This document shows positions 24,501-39,900 of a DNA stretch of 64,000 nucleotides, piece by piece; the first letter of the stretch is position 1; every line of letters begins with the position of its first letter. The position numbers and the translations under genes are program-made. Source of the stretch: Isurus oxyrinchus (Eukaryota); assembly GCA_026770705.1 (NCBI GenBank), contig JANJGN010000075.1, positions 1,488,001-1,552,000 of the forward strand. The letters run 5' to 3'. Under the pieces are notes generated by a model. It made no database searches. It worked only from the letters and a program-made list of their open reading frames with translations, and was not told the origin of the DNA.

Positions 24501-27500
24501 CCTTCCGCTATGATGGTAAGGGCTATTTCTATCCTCTGCCACACTGATTATTTTCAGAATGTTCGCTGAGTTTTCTATCTTGTTCCCATTTGTCATCGAA
24601 TTCCAGGCGCTTTGTGATATTTTTCAGCGTGTGTATGTTGTTGGTCCATCTCTGGCGGATAATTCAGTCAGCCTCCAGATCAGGGATGTTGATTTAACTT
24701 TGCTTCGTCATTCACCCAGCTACGAATGAACACGTCACTGAGATATGCAGCTGTAGGGTGGGCGGATACTAATGTCCATCAGCAAAAACAGGGCTTCAGC
24801 TTTCCCATGTTCTCAGCATCTGACTCACAATCTCCACATCTCACGTCCAAATTGCCACCATCAACAGCTCAATCCGTTCCATAATGGACCTCCGCACTTC
24901 CAGTGGACATTCTGTTTGGTATTGTCTAATGAATTTTCACATTTGAATACAAATTCCACCCAGCTGCTTTCAGGTGACTTTCAGTCAACGATTCACTGAG
25001 TCACAAAACTGATGTTTTATTTTTAACTTTTCTTTTTAGATGCAGGGCTTGTGTAAATAAAATCTCGGAGTGAATAATTGGATTGCTATTTCAAAGACTC
25101 ACTCCAGACATGGATTGTCTGAATTTCAAAGCGACAGAGAAGCAGGAGGAGGCCATTCAGCTCCTGGAGCCTGCTCTGCCCTTCAATTAGATACTGGTTG
25201 AACGTCCACCTCAGCGCCATTTCCCGCACTGCCCCCATAACCCTTGATATCTTCTGAATCAGTTAATCTATCGATGTCTGCCTTGAAGATGCTCAATGAA
25301 AGAGCTTCCACAACCATCTAGGGTAGAGAATTTCAAAGATCCACCATCCTTTGAGTGAAGAATGTCCTCCTTAACCCCGTCCTAAGTAGCCACCCGCCCC
25401 CCAAACCTCTAATTCTGGGACGCTGCTCCCTGGTTCCAGACCATCCAATTAGCGGAAACTTCCTCCCTGCATCTGTCCTGTCAAGCCCCTTAAGGATGTT
25501 GTACCTTTGAAAGGGATCACCTCTCAGGCTCAGAATTTTCTAGAACACAAACACAGTCTCCTCATTGTCTCCTCAGGCGATACTCCTTCCATTTCAGGGA
25601 TCACTTTAGTGAACAATCGCTGCACTCGCTCGATGACAATTATATCCTTACTCGGATAAGAAGGCCAGGACTGTACATAACGCTGCAGCTTCGGCCTTAC
25701 CACGGCTCTAACCAGATGCAGCAACACATTTTATTTTAATTCCTGTGCAAAAATCATTTTGCAATGAAGGCCAACTTTCCATTTCCTTTACTAATTGATT
25801 GCTGAATCCACATGTTAACATTCAGTGACATATGAACAGGTATACCACAGTCCCCAGACTTCCCAATCCCTCAGCATTTATGGAATACTCTGCCTTTCTG
25901 TTTTTTTTTTCTAAGTGTATTCTGTTACTTTTGACCTCATTACATTCCATCTGCCATACGTGTGCGCACCTGCTTAGCCTGTCTTCATCCCCTTGAAGCC
26001 TCATTGGACCGTCCTCAGAACTTGTATTCCCACCAAATTGTGTGTCAACAGCAAAGTTGGAAATGTTACCTTTGCCCCCACACCCAGTTTATTGTTGCAG
26101 ATTGTGAACAGTTGGACCAAACACTGATTGGTGCAGCACCTCGTTTTAATGACTGCCTGAGAAACTGGGAATGACCCTTTAAGAGCTACTTTCTATGTTC
26201 CATCTGAAAACATTGTTCAATCCATGCTAGTTTATTAACCCCAATGACTGGTTCTGTTTTCTAATCTCTTGTTTCGGGTCTTATCGAAGCATTCAAATAA
26301 ACCGCATCCATTGGTTTAACCTTTATCCATTGCGCTATTTGCATCCCTCAAATTCACTAATGGTTTTGTCAAACATCATTTCCCTTTCATAAATCCATCT
26401 TGGCTTCACTCAACAATGGGTCTTTAACGTTTTTATTCTAACTCTCGTGGTGTTAGAGAAATTCATGAATAACAAGGCTTAAAACGTACCAAAAGGTTAC
26501 AACAATAAATGTTATTTTTATATGTTTGGCTCCAGACTTGGCTCTGATGCCCTGTTCATCCTGTCAAGGGTTGAAATCACATATGTCCGAGATGAAGTGT
26601 CTCTGAGCTGATATCACAGATTTCTGCTTAAAGATTTTTCTGAAACCGTGAGCCTCAGCCTGACACATTCTCAACTTTTTTGTTTTGCTCGGGTATTTTT
26701 TGTATTCAACACATTTGTTCCTCCCATTCTGATTTCTCACCAATATTCCCAACTTGTCACATCTCTTCTGATAAAATAATTCCCAATCCTCACTGCCACC
26801 TTGGGAAAAATGTGCTAAACTCTTCATATCTAAGGGGAATCATCCCACCTTCTCCAGTCCCTACACAGGAATGAAGTCTCTAATACCTGGTCATATTCCC
26901 TAAACGTCCACTTAAATTCTGTTTTATCTGGAGAACACCCCCGACTTCTTTAGTTTCTCCACAGAGCTGAAGAAATGATGATTAATGACATCCATTCAGT
27001 TGCATTTGCTGCTTTCCACTATTCCCCTGCTCCCCAACTTTGGCCTCCTTGGGGCTCTCTCCTCTCTGAAATCTGATGTTCAGACTTGAAGGTATAACCC
27101 AATGCCCTCACACACATGCCCATCGTGGGTGTAGTTTTCCAGTGATAACCATCACCTCATTCCTTGCCCTCATTCTCAGTGAACAACTGGCAATCTGCAC
27201 TGTCTCTTAGAGGTTGAAGCAGCTGAAATAATGACTTGCCAGTCTGTTCTTATACCTTACAGAATTGCTTTGTGCCTGACAGGACCCTTCAATTTAACCA
27301 ATTTAATCTATTTGTTGCGCCAAATTGCATCCAGTAATTGAGATGTTAGAAAATGCTTGTACAATATCAAATTTGTTTCTCTATTTGTTCCTATATTTAG
27401 CAGGCTGAATTCAGTTTTGAGATAAATGAATGCCTGAGAAGCAGAAGCTGCTGCTATTGCTCTCACAGTGGCCATCTTCATAGAACAACTTAATATTATT

Positions 27501-30500
27501 TATGCCTGAAGTCATGTAAAAAATTTGAACCATATGCTTGTTCTCAGCGTGTTCGAACAGACTATTCACTCTGATGCACTGTTCATGCTATGAGGTTTAA
27601 ATTTCACTTGATCAGAATTGAAGGGTTCCGACGTTGAGCACACAGATTTCGAATTATTACATTTTCTGTCACTTCACGCCTAATATTCATTCACCAGGTA
27701 CTTGATTCCCATCATTAACTCGCCAGTCTCCACCTCTCAGAGGCCAATGCACATTTTGGCTTCTGGCTTCCTTTTCAGGTACTTGATGAAACTTTTTTTT
27801 CAGTCTGTAAATAGATGATTAAATGGCGCTCCAATCTCAACATGTTGGCATAATGCACCGTCTCTGCTTATTAATAACTTCTGAGCTGCCTTGTGGAATG
27901 TTTAATGGCTGCTTTGTATTTGAAGCAGCTTGCATTTACTAGTGTGAATAATTAAGTGCAGGGTGAATCAGTCTGTTTGTCTGCACCACTGGCGGTTTTG
28001 TAACGTGGAATTAGTTGTTTAAGCTATTCAAAGTAGTTAGAAGGAATTGTCACCATGTATTTTCTTTCAAAGTGATTTAACACACGCCTGTCTCTGGGTC
28101 ATTGTTTCTACTGTCAAGGGTTAAATTGTTTTGTGCCTGAGATGAAATGTTTCTGCTGTGAAACCACAGCTTTCTGTTACAAACATTCACTGACTCTGTA
28201 AAATTCAGACAGCTACATTTCCAGAAATTTCACCTATTAATATTTTGTTTTTCTTTCACTATCCATTTAGTTGATATGCGAGGTATCATGCATGTGACAG
28301 TTAATAAACTGCTCTTGTTATGGTGATTTGAAACACTGCTTGGTTCTTATTATTTAGTCAGCACCTTCTCCTTTACAGGTCTGGAGTTGGTCACATCATT
28401 GAGATATAGATCTGTACAGGGGTGGAGACTAATGTCCTTAAATATACACCTTACAGCAGCTTTTCTTTCTCATCAAATTTTATCATACACCTACTGAGGC
28501 GTTTTTCTTCAACTTCAAATGCTGCTGCTAATGTATGAATTAATTTCTTAATGGGGCTTGCCGACAGAGAAAGACTTAGACGGAGGCAGACTTGCAGACA
28601 TAGGCAGAGACATACACAGAGTCAGACACATAGACAGAGATCGTCGCATCGAGTCAGAAACACACAGAGACACAGACAGGGAGAGAGGCACATGCAGATA
28701 CAAACACACAGCTAGAGACTGCCACGCAGACAGAAAGAAGGAAATTTAGAGAGACAATCAAATGCACAGGCATACAGGGAGACGAACTCTCGGACAGGGG
28801 CAGACACACAGACAGAAAGAGAAATAGGGAATCATACGCACGCAAAGAGGCATACACACAAATGCAAGCAGCGACAGATAGACAGACAGAGACCGACACA
28901 GAGAGGCAGACACACAGAGACATGCACACAGAAAGACTCATAGGCACACAGAGAGTAAGATACAGATACAGAAAATGACAGATACTCAGAAAGAGACATG
29001 TATACAAACATTACTTAACCACAGAGAAAATGATAAGATTCTCCAGGTCCTCTTTCACTGTTTCTTCTCTGTGAGTTCCACCGTCTCCTGTGACAGCTGA
29101 ATCCTGAGGGTAAATGCTAAATGATGAGAACCGAGAAATAGAGACGGGGCTGAATCTGGTGGCAAAGATCACCTTCATTCTGTGTCCTTCACACAAACCA
29201 ACATGAGTTGCAACAGAATGCTGTGCCATTTAATAAAATCATGGCTGACTAGATGGTTACGTCATGTGAATCTCTCCTAACCCGATATCCTATCAGCCCC
29301 TTGCTTACCAAGAATCGATCCACCTCTGCCTCAAAAATATTCAAGCACTGACATTACCCTTCATTTCAACCCATTCAGTTTGTGTGATGCGCCCAAATGC
29401 ATCCAGACATTGAGATCTTTGAAGATACTAGCGCAATATTAAATTAGTTTCTGTAATTAACAGTCTTGAATTGAGTTTTGATGATGAATGAATGCTTGAG
29501 AACGAGCAGTGGCTGCTGTTGTTCTCACAGTTCTGATGGTCTTAGAAAGGCAGAATAGTATTTAAGGCTGAAGTCTTGTGAAAAATATTGTCACAACATC
29601 TTTGTATTCAGTGTGTTCAAACAGAATCTTCACTCTGATGTACTGCTCTTGCTGTGAGAGTTAAATTTCACTTGATCGGGGTGAAGGGCTTCGATGCTGA
29701 ACACAGTCATTTTCAGTTAGTGCATTTTTTGTCGTTTCATGCCTAATGTCCATTGAAATTATTTGCATTTAAAGCAGAGAAAGACATCATTCGGTCCAAG
29801 AGCTCTATGCTGTCATTGATGCTCTACACCATCCTCCTGCCACCCTGGTTTATGCAATGTAATCACCACTTCCTCATAATGTTTATCACCCGCAAGTTTC
29901 CAAACATATTTCCTCTGTTATATATCAATTACATAGTCCTCAACTAATCCACGAGCTGCAATGTCTCATATTCTGCCCACTGCATGGGTCAAGAGATATC
30001 TCATAGATACCACATTGCACATGTTGAAGTAGATTCTGATCTCACGGTTTTAACGCTAGATGTTGGCTCTGTGATATGACTTGAAGGATAGAAAATGTAA
30101 TTTTCGCAATGGGAGCCTATTTGACTGCCCATGATCTCGGCAGAGCCGATAATCTGCTTAACAAAAACAGAAATATCTGGAAAAACTGAGCAGTCTGGCA
30201 GCATCGGCTGAGAAGAACAAGGCCTCTCCCCGCCTCCAGCCCCCCACACCCCCCCCCCCACCCAAACACACGCACACCCCTTAAACCAGCTTATATTTCA
30301 CCCTTTTCCTACTTCTAATTAGTTCTGTTGAAGGGTCATGAGGACTCGAAACGTCAATTTTGCTCGTCTCCGCCGATGCTGCCAGACCTGCTGAGTTTTT
30401 CCAGTTAATTCTGTTTTTGTTTTGGATTTCCAGCATCCACAATTTTTTTGTTTTTATATTGATAATCTACCTAGTTCTGCTGTCTTATGTGACTACCAGT

Positions 30501-33500
30501 TAACTCAGTGCTCCAAAGCCAAAGAAAGGGAGCGATGGTCAAATTTTGTGACACAGCAGCCGATTATTTTGAAATTTGTTCCGTGCTGCTAAGCGGGCAT
30601 GCGCGGAACGAGGGTGAAGGAAAATATGGCCACCTTACGTTGGCTGGTCGACATGTGACTCCAGGCACACAACAATGTACTTGACTCCTAAAAATGTCGC
30701 CCCAGTGATGGGACTTATGGATGGTCAAATAATGGCGGCCTAGCTAGCCATGCACACATCCTCTGAACAAACAAAAACAATGTTAGAAACGTTTCAAAGC
30801 CTTATAGGCCTTTAACTCCGCTATTATCTGGGGGGGGCTCATGATCAAATCAATATATGCTTTCAGTCTGGATCAGATAATGTGATGGGTTATTCTCCGT
30901 GGACGGGATCGTTCATCAGCGAGAGTCATCGGGAGATTTGGAAAGTTAAATTGAGGAAAAAACTTGAACACAATTAGGGAACATTTTGATGAATTTATTT
31001 TCAGCAATCCTGTTAATTCTAATTCAATGTCGTTACTGACAGAAGCTGAGTTTCTGTTTCGTTGAACTGAGGCCCCATCAGGTTCAAACCATTCCCTTCC
31101 GCTCTAACGCCTAAGTGCTATCACAATCATCTTTAATAATAACAAACTTCACTATGTTTGCTTATGTTTCAGTCATGTTCCCAGACTTCAGCTGCTTTCA
31201 ATATGCCTTCTGTTAGCTTTGAGCGGGTGTATTTACGAACTGTACAACTAAACTGTTCTATTGAATAATTCAGGCAGTGTTTAAATTTGGAAATTTCAAT
31301 TAACTCCACTTTCTCTTTCAGCTGCTAGAGCTGAGCACATCACTGAGATATAGATCTGCAGGGTGGGCGGAGACTAATGACCAACAATGCTGCAGACTAA
31401 CTTTGTGTTCAGCATTGAGCTCTGAATTACTACAATCCATTGTTTCAATTCCACTGTCAATGCCTCCACCTGTTGCAAGTTGGAGCTCTGACACATTCAC
31501 ATTATCTTCCTTGGTCAGTACACATGTGGGGATCTGCAAAGATGCTCTGTGTTTGCAGACACACGGCACCCAGCAGTTCTCCTTTTACTTTCACTGATGC
31601 TTCCAAGCGGTCAGTGAATGAACCTTTAGTGAATGTTTTAATTTATTTCAATTGATTTCTGCCCTGAAGGAAAAGTGTATATATTGACGAATTCCATTAT
31701 TTGTTGATAATGGTTGCAAATGGAAACCGGGTACAACAACTATAACAAGAAGTATTGATATCTTATACCAGAGGAGGTCATTAGGCCTGTCCTTTCTGTG
31801 TTGGATTTTTAAAGTGCTGGTAAATGTGGTACACTACCCCAGTTTTTAATTTCGCACAAATACAAATTAGTGCTGTTGAAATGTAACTCTTTTAGAGTGA
31901 AAACAATTAAACTAAATTAACAAAATTAGGGATAAATCAAGCACAGCCCCTAATTCAGGTCAGCTGTAAAACTAAGGACAAAGTTTAAAGGAACCTTACA
32001 AACTTTAAACCAAAATGTGATTAAATGGGGTCGATAAAGCACCCCTGCTGTTGAATTGTATGTGCAGTGGTCTTTGGATAGTTCAAATGGAATCAGTTTG
32101 CACCACAGTTTCAATGCTCCCCTTAAAAAGTTAAACATTCCATTCATTTTTAAACCCATATATAAGATCATACGATCATTAGTTCATTAGAAATGGGAGT
32201 AGATATAGGCGATTCAGAACCTCGATCCTGCTCCGCCATTCAATGAGATCGAGACTGTTGTAATTGTGGCCTTCCTTTTCTGGCCCGCATGCACCTTGAC
32301 GTCCTCGTAGATCACAACCGTGGATATATTAAATGTCCCAGCCTCCACTGCTCCCTGATGAGGAAAGCTCCCGTGGAAACAAATTCCTCTTCGGCACCAT
32401 TCCACTGGTTGAATCATTCTTCCTAAACTCTGCCTCCTAGTTCTCAGTCACCTAACGGGGTGAACATTCTTCTAGTGTCCAGTCTGCAAAAGACCCTGGT
32501 TACCATATATAATTCTATAAGTCCAACACTCAGGTTTCAAGTGCGATTGAGTATAGGTCCAATCTTCTTAGCCTTTCCTGAACTATTCAGACAAGCTTTC
32601 AGTGAAACTTGTGTGAACTGCTCCTAACTATAGAGTAACAGATGCGCAGACATAGGCAGATCATACACAGAATCAGACACTTGGAAGGAGATAGGCACAT
32701 AGAGTCAGAAACACTGACAGATACAAAGACACACATACAGGGGGAGAGACACACGCAGATACAGACACACAGGCAGGAGCAGGAGAAGGTCATTCGGCCT
32801 CTTCAGCCTGTTCTGCCATTTAATAAAATCACGGCTGATCTGTTTGTTATGTCATCTGAATCTCTCATATCCCCGGTAACCACTTGCTTACCAAGAATCT
32901 ACACACCTCTGCCTTAAGAAAATAGTCAAACACTGACAGTACCCTTCATTTTAACCCATTTAATTTGTGTGATGCACCCAAATGTATCCAGGCATTGAGA
33001 TGTTAAGAAATGCTGCTGAAATGTTGAATGGGTTACTGTAGTTATCAGTCTTGAATTCAGTTTTGATGATCAATGAATACCTGAGAGCCGTCAGCTGCTA
33101 CTGCTCCTCTCACAGTACTGCTGCATTTATTAAGGCTTAATACTATTTAAGGCTGAGGTCATGTCGAAAATATTGTCAAAATATGTTTGTATTCAGTGTG
33201 TTCAAACAAAATCTTCACTCTGATGTTCTGTTCTTGCTGTGATGGTTAAATTTCACTACATCAGAAGGGTAGGGCTTCGATGCTGAACACAGTCATTTTC
33301 AGTTAGTGCCTTTTTTGTCACTTCATGCCTAATATCCGTTGAAATTATTTGTTTTCAAAGCAGAGAAATACCTCACTCGGCCTATCAGCCCTATGCTGCA
33401 ATTGATGCTCCACACCATCCTCCTGCCACTCTGGTTCGTCCAACGTAATCATCACTTCCTCATAATATTTATCGCCTACATGTTTCCGAACATATTTCCC

Positions 33501-36500
33501 GTGAAAAACATCAATTCTGTAGCCCTCATCTGCTCATGAGTTGCAATTTCCCATATTCTGCCCTGTCCCTGGGTCAAGAGGTATCTCCCGAATTCCACAT
33601 TGCACATGTTGAAGTAAATTCTATGATCGGTTTTATAGTAACATGATTGTTCTGTGACGTGATTTGGAGAAGAGTGAATTTATCCTTAAGAAATAGGAGT
33701 CTTTCTGCCCAAAACCTCGGCAGGGCCGATTGTCTGCTTGGTCCTGGTTGTTCGGTCTGACTTCAAGTCATCTCAGTGCTCCAAAGCCACAGAAAGGGAA
33801 CATCGGAAAAGTGTTGTGACACAGCTGCTGATTATTCGGTGATATTTCTTCTGTGCTGCGAAGTGGGCATGGGCGGAAGGAGGGTGAAATACGCTTAAGG
33901 GAGTAAATCTGCCGTCGTTCTCTGGTCTGTCCTACATGTGATCCAGATCACAGAAATGTGGTTGAATCTTAAAATTGTCCTTGCATTGAGGGGAATTAGG
34001 GATGGGCAATAAACGCCGGCCTAGCCAACGATGCCCACATCCCTGAATGAACATAAAAAAGTTCAAAACAATTCAAAAGATTTATAGGACTTTAACACCA
34101 TAATTGTCTGGGGGGCTCGTGATCTCATCAAGATCTTATCTGAATCTGGGTCCAATAATGTGATGGGGAATCCAGCATTGACGGGATCATTCATCAGCGA
34201 GTGCCATTGGGAGATTTGGAAAGTTAAATTGGAGTAAACCACTTGAACACAATTAGGGAACATTCTGGTAAATTTTATGTGCGGATATTCTGTTATATAT
34301 AACCCAATGTCGTTAGTGACAGACGCAAAGTTCCTCTTTCTTTGCACTGAAACGCCATGAACCTGAAAACGCTCATTTCCACTCTAACGCCTAAGTGTCA
34401 TTCCTATCATCTTTAATAATGTCCACTTTCACTCTGTCTGCTTATTTTTCCGTCATGTCCCCAGCCTTCAGCTGTTTTCAATGTACCTTCTGTTAGCTTT
34501 AAGCTGGTGTCTGTACCAACTGTACAACTAAAGAGCTCTGGTGAATAATTCAGACAGCGTTTCCATTTGGAATTCGGAATTAACTCCATTTCCTCATTTA
34601 GCCTGGGAGAGCTGAACACATCACTGAGAGAGAGAGAGCTGCAAGGTGGGCGGAGACTAATGAACAAAAATGCTGCAGTCTATCTTTGTGTTGAGAATTC
34701 AGCTCTCAATTACCATATTCATTTTTTTCAATTCCACTGTCAATGCCTCCAACTGTTCCATATTGGAGCTCTGGCACATTCACATGATGTTTCTTGGTTT
34801 GGACACATTTGGGGTTCAGCAAACATGCTCAGTATTTGCACACACATGACACCCAGCTGTTATCCTTTGACATTCAAAGAAGCTTTCCTTCGGTCAGTAA
34901 ATGGATCTTTAGTGAATGTTTAAACTTATTTCTATTGGGTTATGTCCTTAAGACAAAGGGTATACACTGATGACAGCCATTGATTATTAACAGTGTTTCC
35001 AAATGGAGACCGAATACAACAAATATGATTAGATTTACCGATACAAATACCGATACGAGTTCATTCGTCCCGTCCTTCCTGTGCTGGATAATTTATTTGC
35101 GGCTAGATATGAAAAAAAACCCAATTAAATTTTGTTAAATATTCAAGTTAATCCTTTTGTGATACATGGACAGTATTTGTTGTGATTTTCATATGGATTC
35201 ATATTGCACCAGAATTTCAATGCTCCTCTGACAAACTTAACTATTCCCTACATTTCAAGCCTTTACGTGAGATCATCAATTCGTTAATTTAATCGAAATA
35301 TGAGCTGGTGTAGGCCATCCAACCCCTCGTGCCCACTCCGCCGTTCAATGCGATCATTGCTGATCAAATGGCGGTCTTCACTCCAGTTTCTTGCCATCCC
35401 CCATGCACCTGGCTGTCCTTGTGTATCACAGCCTTGAATATATTAAATATCCAAGCCTTCACTGCTCCCTGGTGGCGATAACTCCAGGGAAAACAAATGC
35501 CTTTTCAACGCCGTTTATCTGTGCGAATCCTTATTCGTAAACTGCGGGCCGTAATTCTCAGTCAGCCCACGGGGAGAGAATTAGCCTATTATCGAGTCTG
35601 TGATACACGCTTAGAGCCTCGTTTGCTTCTCTAAGCCCAACTCTCAGATTTCTAATCGCCATTGTGCACAGGCCCAATCTGCTCAGCCTTTCCTGAAGGC
35701 TATCGCTTCAACCGAGGTATCAGTGAAACTTGTGTGAGTTGCTCCTAAAGCAAGAATATCCCGGAAAACAAGGCTTTAGACACAACTCCTGCTATGTTCT
35801 CACCAATACTCTGTAAAATTGCGGTGAGGTTCCCCACAGTTAAAGTCAAACTCCTTTGCAACAAAATGTCCATATTTCTATTTTTTCCATCGATTTTTGT
35901 TGTGCCTTCATTGTACTTCTCTGTGATTCATGTCCAAGGGCACTCAGGGCCCTCTCTAGAAGAACATTTTGCAGACTCTCCCCATTGTAATTAATATCCG
36001 ATTTTTTTCTGCCATTTGGAAAATTTCATATTTTCCCAGATTATACTCCAACTGCCAAATTGATGGCCAATCATTCATTTGATTTATCCTTTGCAGACTC
36101 GCCGTATCCGCCTCATAACTTGCTTTCCTGCCAACTTTTCTGTAATTGCAAATGTGGCTACTATTCAGCCCAATCCCTTCATCCAAACATTCATGTTGTT
36201 GATAAATGGTTGTAGTTCCAACACCGATCCCTGTGACACTCCATTTGTTACAGTGTGCCAAACTAAATGTGTTCCATTTCCCCCTCATCTCCATTTGCAG
36301 TTAGTTTCCCAGTCCTTTATCCTTGCCCTTATTTCATCCATAATACCATGAGCTCTCATTTAGTGCTGCGTTATCATTTAACGTGGTAGCTTATCGAATA
36401 GCATTTGTAAATCCAATTACACTAGATCTACAGGCTCCCCACTGTCGAGCGTCTTTGTTACATTCTCAAAGGAAACATACATTTAGCAAACTCCATTTCA

Positions 36501-36897
36501 ATTCCACAGGAACATGTTCACTCTGCCTGATTAAAGTATGAATTTATATGTGCCCTGCTACTACATTCTTCATAATGAATTGTGCCATTTTCACAACGTC
36601 AGGTGTTTATCTAACAGGTATATGGTTCACTGTTCTTTCTTGAAATGTATTTTTCTAGAATTTAGGCGCTATAGTAACAATTTTCTAAGCAGATGGAAGT
36701 TTTCCAGAATTAGGGAATATTGGATGATTGCAAGCAATGTACCCAATAATCCTGCTGCGCCTTCCATTAGGAGCCCAGGATGCAGGCCATGGATTCCCGG
36801 AGCCATTTCAGCCTTTAATTTGCCTTCCCAGTACTTTTTCTCCAGTGACCCTGCTTGTATTAGCTTGTCCCTCCCTTTTGTATTTCGAGGCCATGGA

Positions 36898-36929
<32 letters not shown>

Positions 36930-39900
36930 GCTTGTGTGTGTGGACTACTTCGAAGACAGAAGTTTTAAAACTTGCGCAAATAATTTGTTATTTCTTTGTT
37001 CCCTATTAGTAATTTGGCAATCTATCCCTCCATGAGACCAGTTCTCACTTTCGCTATGTATATAATTTGCTTTTTAATATTCTTTTTGAGATTTTTTATT
37101 TCCTGTCCGTTTTTATAATGTTATATTCTGTTCAAATGCTCAATTTGTTAGCAACATTTGATGTGCATTTGTGTTAACAGATTCAAAGATGTTATGTGGA
37201 ATAATTAGTGATTTAATTGTATAGGAGGTAACTTGAATATTATTATATGAACAAATCAGTTCAGGGAGATTCAGTATGGAAGACCGCAAAAATTAATTAG
37301 CCATTAATTAATTAACATGTCTTTAAAATATTTAATTTATGGTTATCACAATATACTTTTATGCATTTTGTTTGATCACGTGTCTCTCTCTTTAGCATTG
37401 CTTTTCCAGAAAATGCTCAAATGCTTTGTCTGAGATGATGTGTTTCTGATCTGAAACCCCAGGTTTCTCTTCCATACCCTTGTTGTCACTCTGAAATTCA
37501 GCTAGATACTTTATCATTTTTTTTATCGATTGATGTTTAATTTTCTTCTACTGCCCATTAAGTTCATACACGAAGTGTGATCTTATTGAACGTTAATAAA
37601 CTACACTTGCAACAGTGAATTGTAACAATAATCGGTCTAAATTTCGAGGTGGCAGTTTTTCCTTTGGTCTTCTTGGATTGATTACATCCTTGAGATTGAG
37701 ATCTCTATAGAGGGCGGTAAATAATGTCCTTCAGTTCACACATTCCAGCAGTTGCCTTTCATGGTCGATATTTTCCTTTTACATTGACTTGTTACCTTAA
37801 CTTGCTGTTAAAGCCGCAAATCATGCCATCATGGGGCAGAGAGACGGACAGACAGACAAGGACAGACACACAGACAATGTCTGAAGCAAATACCATGGCA
37901 GGCACACATTCAAGACAGGAACACAGACAGTTGCAAGCACACAGGGGCCGAGGCGTAGACAGTGAGAAACAAAAGGCGGAGACAGACAAACAGGCAGTGT
38001 CAGACAAACAGACAGTGACAGAAAAATAAAGAGAAAAACAAATACAGAGACAGACATACAAACATTGACAGAGACAAATAAAGTGATACACACAAATTCA
38101 AGATAAAAACACAGACAGTTTCAGGCTTACAGAGATAGAGACACAGACAGTGACAGAGACACAGGCAGAGACAGGCACATAGTCAGTGACAGGGACACAT
38201 AGTGAAAGGCATACAGGTAGTGAGAGACAAACATGTGTTGACAAATGCTCCCAGTGACAGACACGCAGACAGAGACAGAAAAACAGGCAGGGACAATATC
38301 ATTGTCAAGGAGAGATACACAGTTATTCGTGGCAAAGATGTACGGACAGGCAAGCTCTGAGTGACACTCACAAAAAGAGAGAGACACACACAGACAAAAA
38401 GAGCTACTGAAACAGAGACAGACTCAAAGAAAGTCACATGTGCACAGAAAGTGACAGACACACTGACAGAGATAGGTACACAGACAGGGACAGTCACACA
38501 GACACAGGCTGTGGCACGCATACAGGTCTTATTAGACGCAAAGGCAGAGGCAGGCACACAGGCAGACGCGCAGAAATATAGGCAGGGACGCTAAAAAGTC
38601 AGAGACTGGCACAACAACAGTAAGAAACATATACAGACAGACGTGTACACGGAGACAGTCATACAAATAGAGATAGGCACAAAGACATAAACAGCTACAA
38701 GACAAGAGAGACATGCACAGACAGTGACAATTAAACAGACAGAGACAGACACACAGAAAGAAACTGTCACACAGACAGAGAGAGCCACGTAGAACAAGAA
38801 TGACACACAATTTAAGGCGTACAGAGTAAAATAGGAAAATAAATGGAGAGACACAGAGGGAGACAGGCAGACCAGCTTTTCCAATCTCTCCACATCAAAG
38901 AAGCCGCCTCATCGCTGGAACCAATGTGACATTATCCTCTCCATCCTGTCAAAGTCTTTGACATGCTCCCTAAAGTGGATACCAAAATTGGACAGCATAT
39001 TCCAGATGAGGCCTAGCCGATGATTTATGCATATTTGAGAATCACTTCCTGTCTTTTTTATTGTTTGCGTTTATTTGTAGAACCACAATTCCAGCAAGAT
39101 TGTTTTATTTGCCCCAGATTCTTCAACGTTTACTTACAAACATACAATAAAGGAGCAGGAGTAGGCCATTCAGCCCCTCCATCCTGCCCTGACATTTAAT
39201 AAAATCATGGCTGATCTAAATGTTATCGCAGCTGCACTCCTTTTACAAAGGTAATCTATCAGCCCCTTGCTTGCCAAGAATCTATTCATCTCTGCTTGAA
39301 AATATAAAACACTCTGCTTCCACCGCATTTTCAGGAAGAGAGTTCCAAAGGCTCACGACTTCCTGAGTGGAAAAACACATCCTCATGTTCGTTTTGAATG
39401 GGCAACCCCTTAGTTTTAAGCAGTGACCCCTAGTTCTAGATTCTCCCAAAAGAGGAAAATCCTCTCCACAACCACCCTCTCAAGGCTCATCAGGCTCTTA
39501 AGTGGTTCAATGAAGTCGCCCCTTAATCTTCTAAATTCCAGCTGATACAAGCCTAGTCTGTGCAGCCTTTCCTCATAAGACAACCCACGCATTCCATGTA
39601 TCAGTCTGGTCAACCTTCTCTAAACTGCTTCAAATGAGTTTCGCCATCTTGAAATATTGGTGTACGTGACCTCTCTTCCTGCACACTTTGGAACTTTTTC
39701 AATTTTCTTCAAGTTGCCTTTTCTCCTGAGTCATCTCTGAATGCATCACCTCATAATTATTGTCAAAATTATCCACATTTCACCAGGCTGCATATGTCCA
39801 CCTGAAATCTGCTTCTATGTTCCACACTCTTTACTATAATTTCTATGTCACTATATTTTCAGCTGGTGCAGAAGGTGGCAGGTTCGGCTTAGAAAATAAA

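Larger units (their letters stand above)
26560..38870. repeat. Nested local segmental duplications in intron 1
   Basis: ~29190-32640 is colinear with ~32790-35700 (offset ~3.1-3.6 kb). Sub-blocks recur at 27290/29370/32945 and at 26570/28110/37430. CA/GA-rich low-complexity tracts lie at 28560-29010, 32640-32775 and 37835-38870. Confidence 0.8.

Noticed and set aside
37724-38893. Several Cys/Val/Ser-rich ORFs (also 28558-29007)
   Set aside because: Products of CA/GA low-complexity sequence
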